A stretch of 59,100 nt of DNA, filler included. It is 4 parts of 4 records of this genome, joined end to end, with 100 filler letters (N's around TTAATTAATTAA, not from the genome) between each part and the next. Parts side by side here need not be neighbours in the genome. Positions count along the whole stretch, not along the records: positions 1 to 15,153 come from SRR20825006_685; positions 15,254 to 36,895 come from SRR20825006_694; 2 more parts are not named here. One strand, given 5' to 3'. Both the position numbers and the translations under genes were made by a program. The notes under the pieces were generated by a model. The model saw only the letters and a program-made list of their open reading frames with translations, made no database searches and was not told the origin of the DNA. Below, in pieces: positions 8,911-18,403 of this stretch (within the stretch, counting starts at the first letter, position 1; the number at the start of each line of letters is the position of its first letter).

Positions 8911-10443
8911 TTAATGTTTAAAATGACGTGTTCCTGTAAACACCATTGCAACATTATTTTCATTACAATAATCAATACTTAATTGATCTTTTATGGAACC
9001 TCCTGGCTGAATTACACTTGTAATTCCTGCCTTATCTGCAATTTCTACACAATCTGGAAATGGGAAGAAAGCATCACTAGCCATTGCAGCTCCATTAAGG
9101 TCGAAACTAAAAGATTTTGCTTTCTCAATAGCCTGCCTTAAAGCATCCACTCTACTTGTTTGCCCTGTACCACTTGCACAAAGTTGTAAGTTCTTAGCAA
9201 AAACAATTGTATTAGATTTTGTATGCTTACAAATTTTAGAAGCAAACAATAAATCCTTTAACTCACTTTCGGTAGGTTTATTGTTAGTCTCATAAGTAAT
9301 ATCTTCTAAAACATCTGTTTTAAGGTCTTTTTCCTGAACCAAAACTCCATTCAGACAAGAACGAACAGTTGTTTTAGGAAGTTCTATATCTTTTTGAACT
9401 AAAAGGATTCTATTCTTTTTCCCCTTTAAAACCTCTAAAGCCTGCGCAGAATATGAAGGCGCAATTACTACTTCACAAAATAAAGAATGAATCTCCTCAG
9501 CAGTTTCTGCATCAATTTCTGTATTTGAAATTAAAATACCTCCAAAAGCAGAAACAGGATCTCCAGCCAACGCATCTACATATGCCTCCTTTATAGTTGC
9601 TCTAGTTGCAACCCCACACGCATTATTGTGTTTTAAAATAGCAAATGTCGGATCATCATTTTTAAACTCTCCCATTAAGTTTACGGCAGCATCCACATCT
9701 AGTAAATTATTATAGGAAAGCTCTTTTCCATGAAGTTTATCAAACATCTCGTCCATATTTCCGTAAAAATATCCTTTTTGATGTGGATTCTCTCCATAAC
9801 GTAATGTTTGGCCATTAGATTCGCTTACTTTATAAGCCTCTAATTCTTCTGTCTGATTGAAGTAATTAAAGATTGCGCTATCATAATGCGAAGAAACATT
9901 GAAAGCTTTAGCTGCAAAACGTTTTCTATTCTCAATAGAAGTTTGTCCATTTTGCGTTGTTATAATATCCAAAAATTCTGCATAATCTTCCATAGAAGAA
10001 ACGCAAATAACATCTTTGAAATTTTTAGCAGCAGCTCTAATTAAAGAAATTCCTCCTATATCAATTTTTTCAATAATATCTTGCTCGCTTGCTCCACTAG
10101 CTACCGTTTTTTCAAACGGATATAAATCTACAATAACAATGTCAAGCTGTGGAATTTCATATTGCGCTAATTCTGCAACATCTCCATCATGATCTTGTCT
10201 GTTTAAAATTCCACCAAAAACTTTTGGATGCAATGTTTTAACACGCCCTCCTAAAATTGAAGGATAGCTAGTAACATCTTCCACAGGGATCACGTTTATA
10301 CCCAGATCTTTTATAAATTTCTCGGTTCCTCCAGTAGAGTAAATTGTTACTCCTTGCTCATCTAATTTCTTTACAATTGGTTCTAATCCGTCTTTACTGA
10401 AAACAGAAATTAAAGCCGATTTGGCTTGCTTCAAATTATTCAT
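8911..10443 (-). CDS. purH: Bifunctional AICAR transformylase/IMP cyclohydrolase
   Basis: ALISVFSK, GGRVKTLHP, IDIGG, LRYGENPHQ, ASDAFFPF, IQPGGS, RHFKH. Confidence 0.98.
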   Translation of the reverse strand: MNNLKQAKSALISVFSKDGLEPIVKKLDEQGVTIYSTGGTEKFIKDLGINVIPVEDVTSYPSILGGRVKTLHPKVFGGILNRQDHDGDVAELAQYEIPQLDIVIVDLYPFEKTVASGASEQDIIEKIDIGGISLIRAAAKNFKDVICVSSMEDYAEFLDIITTQNGQTSIENRKRFAAKAFNVSSHYDSAIFNYFNQTEELEAYKVSESNGQTLRYGENPHQKGYFYGNMDEMFDKLHGKELSYNNLLDVDAAVNLMGEFKNDDPTFAILKHNNACGVATRATIKEAYVDALAGDPVSAFGGILISNTEIDAETAEEIHSLFCEVVIAPSYSAQALEVLKGKKNRILLVQKDIELPKTTVRSCLNGVLVQEKDLKTDVLEDITYETNNKPTESELKDLLFASKICKHTKSNTIVFAKNLQLCASGTGQTSRVDALRQAIEKAKSFSFDLNGAAMASDAFFPFPDCVEIADKAGITSVIQPGGSIKDQLSIDYCNENNVAMVFTGTRHFKH

Positions 10444-10469
10444 TGTTATTGTGTTGTTTTTGGATTGTG

Positions 10470-10477
10470 CAAAAGTA
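10470..10477 (-). promoter_or_regulatory. Bacteroidetes -7 promoter element of purH
   Basis: TACTTTTG on the minus strand matches TAnnTTTG, 27 nt upstream of the ATG. Confidence 0.7.
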
Positions 10478-10553
10478 ATTTATTTGCATTAAATAGTTGT
10501 GCTGTATAAAAGAAAAAAACAGCATTAAAGCTGTTTTTAGATTATTATATGCT

Positions 10554-11030
10554 TTATTTTAGAATTGAAGCTACTTGGCTATTTACAAATTCCAAAAATT
10601 CTTCATCGTCTTTAGAAAATGGATCTGCAGTATGCGAATCAATATCTATTTGTCCAATATTTTCCCCGTTTACAAAAAGTGGAATTACAATTTCAGCTTT
10701 TACAAAAATGCTACATGCAATATAATTGTTTTGCGCTTTTACATCGGGTACTACAAAATTGCTATTGGAAACAGCCACTTGGCCGCAAATTCCTTTTCCA
10801 AAAGGGATAATAGTATGATCTGATGGCTCTCCAGCAAACGAACGTAACTTTAATTCTTCTTTATTTCCATTTCTGAAATAAAAACCAACCCAATCATAAT
10901 ATGGAACATTCTCTTGCAGAAGCTCGCAAATACCTGTTAATCTATCATCAACTGAGGCATCTTCCCTCTTGATTATATTGTTTACTTCAGATTTTAAATC
11001 TTCAAATGTCATCTTAAAAAATTTTGACAA
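10554..11030 (-). CDS. GAF-domain protein, free methionine-(R)-sulfoxide reductase (MsrC/YebR) family
   Basis: WVGFY, GKGICGQVA, VPDV...YIACS, EIVIP, IDIDS motifs; exact start uncertain. Confidence 0.85.
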   Translation of the reverse strand: MSKFFKMTFEDLKSEVNNIIKREDASVDDRLTGICELLQENVPYYDWVGFYFRNGNKEELKLRSFAGEPSDHTIIPFGKGICGQVAVSNSNFVVPDVKAQNNYIACSIFVKAEIVIPLFVNGENIGQIDIDSHTADPFSKDDEEFLEFVNSQVASILK

Positions 11031-11186
11031 AGGTATAATAAAGTTTAATGTTTATAAAGTTTGTATTCTGAAAAGAAGAATATCATTTCACTGTAAAAAC
11101 GAAGACTCCTCCCCCCCATTTAACAAGAAAATTTTTACTTTAGAAATTATTTCTTACCTTAGGAATAAACTTAAAAATAAAAGAAA

Positions 11187-11396
11187 ATGAAAAAAATAAT
11201 ATTAAGTGCATCTATGTTATTGATAGCAGGAGGTGCTTTTGTATCGTGTAAAGAAACAACAAAGGAAAAAGAAGTTATTATAAAAGAAGAACCTGCCGCA
11301 GAAGAAGACCAAGGTGTTCTTGAGCGCGTTGGCGAAAAGGTAGACGATAAAGTTGACGAAGAAGTAGATGAAACTATTGATAAGATAGGAGACTAA
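11187..11396 (+). CDS. Small acidic lipoprotein, function unknown
   Basis: Signal peptide II MKKIILSASMLLIAGGAFVS-C followed by a K/E/D-rich mature part; A-rich initiation region. Confidence 0.8.
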   Translation: MKKIILSASMLLIAGGAFVSCKETTKEKEVIIKEEPAAEEDQGVLERVGEKVDDKVDEEVDETIDKIGD

Positions 11397-11463
11397 TTTC
11401 AATCAAAATAGCACCTTAGTAAAAAACAATTAGCTTACATATTAGTAGTTTTTTTGCTAAGCC

Positions 11464-11660
11464 AAAAGGGGCTGTTTAAGCAGTAATTGTCGTTGTCGAA
11501 CTGAGCTTGTCGTTGTCAACTGAGCTTGTCGAAGTTTCGAACATCTCAACTCAAAATGTCATCCTTCGACAAGCTCAGGAGGACATCTCGACCAAGAAGA
11601 CATTTCGACAAGCTCAGGAGGACATTTTGAGTTTTGGGCACTTTTTAAACAGCTTCTTTT
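11464..11660. repeat. MITE/REP-like nested palindromic element
   Basis: Terminal inverted repeats AAAAGGGGCTGTTTAA / TTAAACAGCTTCTTTT (14 of 16 match); internal CTGAGCTTGTCG(AAG) x2 and TTCGACAAGCTCAGGAGGACAT x2 in opposite orientation; AACTCAAAATGTC / GACATTTTGAGTT pair. Confidence 0.8.
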
Positions 11661-11664
11661 TAAC

Positions 11665-12540
11665 TTACCCTCTAGGCATTTCAATATAAGAATCGTCATT
11701 ACTCACCTCTGGAAACTCTCTATTAATCCATCGCTCCTTAGCCTTTTCTATGGTCTCTTTTTCTGAAGCTACAAAATTCCAAAAAATATGTTTCTCTTCA
11801 GGAAAAGCTTCTCCTCCAAATAAGAGCAAATGTGTATGCTCGGCAACTTCTACTTTACAAACATCTTCCGTTTTAGAAACAATCATATTTCCTTCATCAA
11901 TTTTTTCATCACAAGCCTGAATACTTCCCTTTACAATACAAATTCCAATCTCTCCTTTTACTTGATCTACAACCTCTAAATTAGTTTTACCTGTGGTCTT
12001 TATTTCAACCATAAACAAAGGAGAATGAACTGGAACAGGCGATTTCTTTCCAAAAGCCTCCCCAGCAATTAATGTATAATTAGCTCCTTCTTTTTCCCAT
12101 TTCGGCAATTGCTTCTTTTCAATATGATGAAATTCGGGTTCCATTGCTTCTAATTCTTCAGGTAATGCTACCCATATTTGAAAACCATGAGTTGTAAACG
12201 CTTCGCCATTTCTTAAAAGCTCTGGCGTACGTTCGGTATGCACAGCGCCCTTTCCAGCTGTCATCCAATTAACAGATCCTGGGGTAATTACTTGATCACT
12301 CCCAACACTATCTCGGTGCCTAATTTCTCCTTCAAATAAATACGTAAGCGTGGAAATTCCAATATGTGGATGCTGACCAATATCCATATAATTACCAGGT
12401 TTTATAGTTGTTGGCCCCATATGGTCTATAAATATAAAAGGACCTACCATTCTTTTTTTTCTGAAGGGAAGTAATCTTCCCACTAAAAAATCTCCAATAT
12501 CTCGAGCACGCTCTTCTATAATTAAACCTTTGTTTGACAT
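11665..12540 (-). CDS. Pirin family protein
   Basis: GPFIFIDHMGP, HPHIG, HRDSVG, NWMTAGKGAVHTE, QIWVALP. Confidence 0.95.
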   Translation of the reverse strand: MSNKGLIIEERARDIGDFLVGRLLPFRKKRMVGPFIFIDHMGPTTIKPGNYMDIGQHPHIGISTLTYLFEGEIRHRDSVGSDQVITPGSVNWMTAGKGAVHTERTPELLRNGEAFTTHGFQIWVALPEELEAMEPEFHHIEKKQLPKWEKEGANYTLIAGEAFGKKSPVPVHSPLFMVEIKTTGKTNLEVVDQVKGEIGICIVKGSIQACDEKIDEGNMIVSKTEDVCKVEVAEHTHLLLFGGEAFPEEKHIFWNFVASEKETIEKAKERWINREFPEVSNDDSYIEMPRG

Positions 12541-12601
12541 ATTTTTTCTTTTTTATAAAGATAGCTATACAAGAGAAACTATTTTAAAATAATACCCTAA
12601 T

Positions 12602-12640
12602 AAAAAAGTCGCCTAAAAAATTAATTTTTAGACGACTCTT
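12602..12640 (-). terminator. Terminator after gldN
   Basis: AGTCGCCTAAAAA...TTTTTAGACGACT stem, T-tract on the minus strand. Confidence 0.6.
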
Positions 12641-12677
12641 AAATGTTATTTTGTATTGAATTGGTAGCTATTTAATT

Positions 12678-13568
12678 TTAATAACTCCACATATCTTGTT
12701 CCTTATCTCTTATTTTCTCTTCTAAACGTTGAGATTCTAACAATTGAAACATGGCATTATCTGGGATATAATCTTTAATAGATCTATCTCCTTGCACATT
12801 TTCTTCTTTGTATATAACAGCGTTAAAACGTCTGGCATTTAACAATTGATCGAAAGAAATTGGTCTTGAAGAATTTTTATTATTAAAGGCTTTTGCTTCG
12901 TGTAAAATATCTCTTGAACTTGGAAACCAAACCCAGAATAACTCTACTAAATCTGATTGCTCACTGTCAATAAAATTCACATCTGGAGCAACAGGCGCTA
13001 GCCCTAGCAAACGATATTTTAATTCTCCTTGACGCTTATCAAAGTACCAAACTCCTTTAATACGCCATTCTTGAATATCGGCAGCTGTAAGCTCTCTTCG
13101 GTTTATATACTCTAAAGAAACTTGCTCTCCAGCATTTAGTTGTTCATATCCAAGATCTGTAGTATCCACTTTTTGCAAAGTAGCTTCTAAATCTCCAAAT
13201 TTTCTTTTTTCGGTAAAATACGAATCAACATAAATATCCTTTAAATTTCCATTTTTGATATTTTTAATGATGACATCGTATAAAGATCTACGCTCGCTTC
13301 CTATATCTACAGTATCTATTGGATAATAATATGGGAAGTTAATACGCTCATCTAAATCGATTCGCTCCCACACAGTTTTAGACCAAAGAATATCTCTATC
13401 GTCTACATAACCGTATGGCAAAGGCTCATCGTTATCGGCCTCTATCTGATCCACCGTTTTTACACCAACTTCTTCTGGAAACTCTGCATTTAATAGGTTT
13501 GCTTGCGCAAAACTACTTGCAGACACAAGAACAGTTGTTATAGTTAATACAATACCTTTCCAATTCAT
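12678..13568 (-). CDS. gldN: Gliding motility / T9SS protein GldN
   Basis: PLPYGYVDDRDILWSKTVWERIDL, GVWYFDKRQGELKYRLLG, LFWVWFP; follows gldM. Confidence 0.95.
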   Translation of the reverse strand: MNWKGIVLTITTVLVSASSFAQANLLNAEFPEEVGVKTVDQIEADNDEPLPYGYVDDRDILWSKTVWERIDLDERINFPYYYPIDTVDIGSERRSLYDVIIKNIKNGNLKDIYVDSYFTEKRKFGDLEATLQKVDTTDLGYEQLNAGEQVSLEYINRRELTAADIQEWRIKGVWYFDKRQGELKYRLLGLAPVAPDVNFIDSEQSDLVELFWVWFPSSRDILHEAKAFNNKNSSRPISFDQLLNARRFNAVIYKEENVQGDRSIKDYIPDNAMFQLLESQRLEEKIRDKEQDMWSY

Positions 13569-13583
13569 AACATCAATAATTTA

Positions 13584-15153
13584 TTAATTTGTTAGCTCAA
13601 CAACAACAGGCGATACTTTTTTAAGTTTGTAAGATCTGTTATTAGTTATATAAGCCTCAATATCAAAAATCTGAACTGCCTCTCCTCTACCTGCTCTTTT
13701 AAGTGCAGATTTAGCTCGGCTATCTAATTTGTTTCCTCTAACCTCAACAGTTGGCTGACCAGGTACTTTAAATTTAAAGCCACTAATAGCTAAGTTTAAA
13801 TCGAAGTCAAAGTCTTCTAACATCGCTCCTACAGTAGAGATTTCAAGGTTATTTCTTGGCATTTTAATTTCGCCATATTCACCTCTTACCGTTCCTGAAG
13901 GACGTGGAATATCTTTAATTCTGAATTCTGAAGTTGAAGAAACTCCTTGACCGTCTGGAAGTGTTCCACTTGCCTTAATCACAACAGTTCTTCCTGTCCC
14001 AGGATTCATTGCATACTTACTTCCAGAAACTTTTTTAAGTCCGGCCGCAGATGCACTTACTTTATTATCTGGAATACCAGGAATAGAAATTGTAATAGGA
14101 TTAGAAACTCCACGGTACACCACATTCATTTTATCTGCTGAAATTACTGCCGCATTTGGCTTGGTAATAGTTGCAAATTTTTGAGAAACTGGCACTTCTA
14201 TTGGCTCTCCATCTTGTTTAAAGATTAAGTTCCCTTCAAGAGTATGATCTCCTGCTGAACCAGCACTTACTTTAAGTTTTACTCGCCCGTTTTCAATAAC
14301 GAAATCATCTCCTTCTTTAAGATCTCTTCCGTCTAACTTAAGATTTACTTCGTTAGGCTTAGTACTTCCATCTTTTCTCCCTAAAACAATTGCTCCATCA
14401 AAAGTTTCTCCTTGATAGTAAGCAGATTTAGGCTGCTCTAACAACGTAGTATAATTGGTCATTGAAAGATCGGAAGCCATTTGCCCTTGCAACATCGCTT
14501 TTAAAATCTCATCTTGAGTAGTTTTAATATCCGACTGTAATAAAGTAACCTTTGTTAAAGAGGCTACTAAAGGAAATCCTTCGTAATGATAGTTTAACCA
14601 ATCGATCTTTTTACCATCTCTATTTTCCGCTTTTCCATTTTCATCTCCTGTAGTAAAACGAGTTTCGATAGAAGATTTCAAAGCCGATTTCTGAGCAGGT
14701 TTCATTAAAGAATCTGGAATCTCAGTAATCGTTTCTATAGAGCTCTCTCTAAAGTTGTTAATATAATTTACAAATTTTTGTCCTTCCGCAGAATAACGAT
14801 CCCCTTGAAAGAAAGCCTGATCTAGGTAATCCGACTTATCCATTACTTCATAATCTTGAAGATCTTCTTGTGGAATTTTAGAAACCATCTGTCCTTTTAA
14901 GCTATCTAAATAACTATTAAACTTCATTGATGTTTCTTTTATTTCTTCTACATCTCTAAAAAGAGCTTCGTATTTTTCTGGCTGTTCTGTAGATTTTAAT
15001 TTCAAATCGTTAAACGCTGCCAAGTTACGTTCTGTAGCTTTTTCATTAAAGTTTGTAAGCTTTTCGTTTAATAATCCAAAAGCCGACAATACTTCTTTAC
15101 TCATATTCAACGCCAACATTGCAATGAAAACCAAATACATTAGGTTAATCATC
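13584..15153 (-). CDS. gldM: Gliding motility / T9SS motor protein GldM (5' end cut by contig break)
   Basis: MINLMYLVFIAMLALNMSKEVL N-terminal motif, AVISADKMNVVYRGVSNPI; the first few residues are probably lost in the gap. Confidence 0.95.
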
Positions 15154-15253
15154 NNNNNNNNNNNNNNNNNNNNNNNNNNNNNNNNNNNNNNNNNNNNTTA
15201 ATTAATTAANNNNNNNNNNNNNNNNNNNNNNNNNNNNNNNNNNNNNNNNNNNN
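15154..15253. other. Artificial contig spacer
   Basis: N44-TTAATTAATTAA-N44 (stops in all six frames); genes are truncated on both sides. Confidence 0.99.
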
Positions 15254-17350
15254 TGCAGGACCATTAATGGTCATACTTACCGAGGTCATTGGGCTGCTCA
15301 GGTCAAAACCAGAATACAATTTTTTGGCATCGTCCAAACAGCAGATGGACACACCTGCATTTCCTATTTTCCCATAGATATCAGGTCGGTGGTCCGGGTC
15401 GTTTCCGTACAAGGTCACAGAATCAAAAGCGGTGGACAAGCGTTTGGCCGGCATATCCATACTCACATAATGGAATCGGCGATTGGTGCGCTCCGGTCCA
15501 CCCTCGCCCGCGAACATTCGCGTGGGGTCCTCCCCTTCTCTTTTGAACGGGTAAAGTCCCGCCGTGTAGGGAAACTCTCCTGGTACATTTTCTTGCAAAA
15601 TCCACTGCAAAATATCGCCCCAAGCTTGGTATTTGGGCAAGGACACTTTTGGAATCTGACTGTGCGACAAGGATTCGGTATGCGTTTTTATATTGACTTC
15701 CTTGTCCCTTACTTTAAAGGAATAGATTTCCGATTTGTAACGGGCCACTTTTTCCCGCCATTTTAAGATGGCTTCCCAATTATGGGGATTCAAGTGCATT
15801 TTTACGCGGTCAAACTCTTTGATGAGGAGGTTGACCAATGCTTTGGATTCTTCATTTTTGATGTGCTTCCCGATTTCATCTTCATTCAAGCCGGATTTAT
15901 CCAAAAATGACTTTTCGGCCTGTTCTTGGTCCATTTCCAACGTTGAAGCCAATGTTAAAAAGATACCGTAAAGCTTTTGGGCTATTTTGGATTCTTCCTT
16001 TGCCTTGGCATCATAACTTCTATTGTTTTCGGCTATTTCTGAAAGATATCGGGTTCTTGCTGGCGGAATCACATAAATTTTCTCCGCCATTTCCTGGGTA
16101 ATCTCAATAGTGGAATTCAGAGTCGAACCTGCTTTCTCCATCAAGGTATCCATCACCTTTTTATAGAGACTGTTCATCCCAGGGTCATTGAACTGCGAAG
16201 CAATGGTACCGAAAATGGGAAGTTCATCTTCGTTGGTATGCCATAATCCGTGGTTGCGGGCATATTGCTTTTTCACATCGCGAAGGGCATCCAAAGCACC
16301 TCGTTTATCAAATTTATTGATGGCTACGATATCCGCAAAATCCAACATATCGATTTTTTCCAACTGCGTGGCCGCACCAAATTCGGGAGTCATCACGTAG
16401 AGCGATACATCACTGTGCTCCAATATTTCGGTATCGGACTGACCTATCCCTGAGGTTTCCAGAATAATCAGGTCGTATTTTGCCGCTTTCAGTACTTGTA
16501 CAGCTTCCGAAACATGTTTGGACAGTGCCAAATTGGACTGCCGTGTGGCCAAGGAACGCATGTACACCCTTTCGCTATTGATGGCGTTCATTCGGATTCT
16601 ATCGCCCAAAAGAGCACCTCCTGTTTTTCGTTTGGAAGGATCTACGGATACAATTCCGATGTGTTTATCCGGAAAATCCATTAAAAATCGACGCACCAAC
16701 TCATCTACCAAACTGGACTTACCTGCCCCACCTGTTCCTGTGATTCCCAAAACGGGAACGCTATTTTTTGATTCTTCAATAATGGTTTGATACTTCTCAA
16801 ATTCCTCGTGACGATTCTCTGCCAATGAAATTAAACGGGCCAAAGTGTTCGGATGCTTCTCTTCCAGCTCGTTCTCCAAGCTTTTTCCTTTGGAAAGATT
16901 CAGATCTGGAACGACAGTGTCGCATCTCTCCACTAAATCGTTGATCATACCTTGTAGACCCATTTCCCGGCCATCGTCGGGGGAATAAATACGTTCGATA
17001 CCGTAATCCATCAGCTCTTTGATTTCTTCTGGAAGAATTACACCGCCACCACCGCCAAATATTTTGATGTGACCCGCTCCTCGTTCCTTCAACAAATCGA
17101 ACATATAACGAAAGTATTCGTTATGCCCGCCTTGGTAAGATGTCAAAGCAATGGCATTGGCATCCTCTTGAATGGCACAATCCACCACTTCGGCAACACT
17201 CCTATCGTGCCCCAAATGAATCACCTCAACTCCTGTGGCCTGAATAATTCTTCTCATAATATTGATAGCCGCATCATGACCATCAAAAAGCGAGGCCGCG
17301 GTAACAATTCTGATTTTATTTTTGGGTTTGTAGGTTTTTATTTGTTCCAT
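15254..17350 (-). CDS. icmF: Fused isobutyryl-CoA mutase IcmF / methylmalonyl-CoA mutase family (B12-binding + MeaI GTPase + mutase), 3' truncated
   Basis: [14 protein letters not shown]12 domain, [10 protein letters not shown]-loop, [31 protein letters not shown]...RLSTAFD mutase domain. Confidence 0.92.
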
Positions 17351-17492
17351 CTGCAATAAAAGGTCTGATTTTGCACTGCAATTTACAGAAAATGCAATTG
17401 AAAATTGATTTTGATTAAGATTGTATAAAAAATATTAAATCTTTGGGCTTGCTTTTTTGAATACCATAATTTTATCCGCTCAAATGTGTCCC

Positions 17493-18341
17493 ATGAAACT
17501 GACCATTCTTATCAACTGCCCGGACCAATCCGGAATCATTCGTTCCGTTACCACCTTTGTGCACCAGCAAAAGGGAAACGTGGTATATCTGGATCAACAC
17601 GTGGACAAACAGGCCGGTGTGTTTTTTATGCGCCTTAAAAGCGAGTTTGAACAGGAGATTGACCTATCCTCCTTCAAAACGGATTTTGAAAAAGAGTTGG
17701 CCAGTGAGTTCAACATGGAATGGGATGCATACACCGACGATTACAAGCCCAAAATGGCCATTTTTGTTTCCAAATACAATCATTGCCTCTACGATTTGCT
17801 AAGTAGGTACAATTCTGGGGAATTATCGGTGGACATACCATTTATATTGAGCAATCACACGGATTTGGAATATGTTGCGGAGCAGTTCAACATCCCCTAT
17901 TTTCATATTCCCGTAACCAAAGCGACCAAGGAGGAGGCCGAGGACAAACAGTTGGGACTTTTGGAGCAATATGGGGTGGATTTTATTGTTTTGGCCAGGT
18001 ATATGCAGATTGTATCTCCAAAGGTGATAGATGTATTCCCGCAGAAAATCATCAATATCCACCATTCGTTCTTACCTGCCTTTGCCGGGGCCAAACCCTA
18101 CCATGCTGCTTTTGAAAGAGGTGTAAAAATTATTGGTGCCACGAGCCACTACGTAACAGAGGACTTGGATGCCGGACCAATTATAGAGCAAGATGTCACT
18201 ACCGTTTCGCATACCCATTCGGTTAAGGATTTTATAGCCAAGGGAAGGGATTTGGAGCGTATTGTACTTTCGCGGGCGGTTCAACTTCATGTAGCGCGAA
18301 AAACGATGGTCTACAATAACAAGACCGTGATTTTTTCATAA
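17493..18341 (+). CDS. purU: Formyltetrahydrofolate deformylase
   Basis: ACT domain CPDQSGI, VLARYMQI, INIHHSFLPAFAGAKPY, LDAGPIIEQ; ATG at 17493. Confidence 0.97.
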   Translation: MKLTILINCPDQSGIIRSVTTFVHQQKGNVVYLDQHVDKQAGVFFMRLKSEFEQEIDLSSFKTDFEKELASEFNMEWDAYTDDYKPKMAIFVSKYNHCLYDLLSRYNSGELSVDIPFILSNHTDLEYVAEQFNIPYFHIPVTKATKEEAEDKQLGLLEQYGVDFIVLARYMQIVSPKVIDVFPQKIINIHHSFLPAFAGAKPYHAAFERGVKIIGATSHYVTEDLDAGPIIEQDVTTVSHTHSVKDFIAKGRDLERIVLSRAVQLHVARKTMVYNNKTVIFS

Positions 18342-18403
18342 TCAAAGATTATGTATCTTATAATCAACGAGCAATAAACAAACAATTCAATCAATAGCCT
18401 AAA

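Noticed and set aside
11490-11630. Possible CRISPR array
   Set aside because: Only two copies per orientation, inverted arrangement, no regular unique spacers, no cas genes
11507-11689. 60-aa ORF with repeated RQAQEDI
   Set aside because: Translation of the REP/MITE palindromes, TTG start, overlaps pirin; unlikely to be a gene
15198-15209. TTAATTAATTAA repeated three times in the window
   Set aside because: Six-frame stop linker embedded in N runs; assembly artefact
17351-17492. Cobalamin riboswitch upstream of icmF
   Set aside because: Spacer is short and AT-rich with no B12-box or conserved stems
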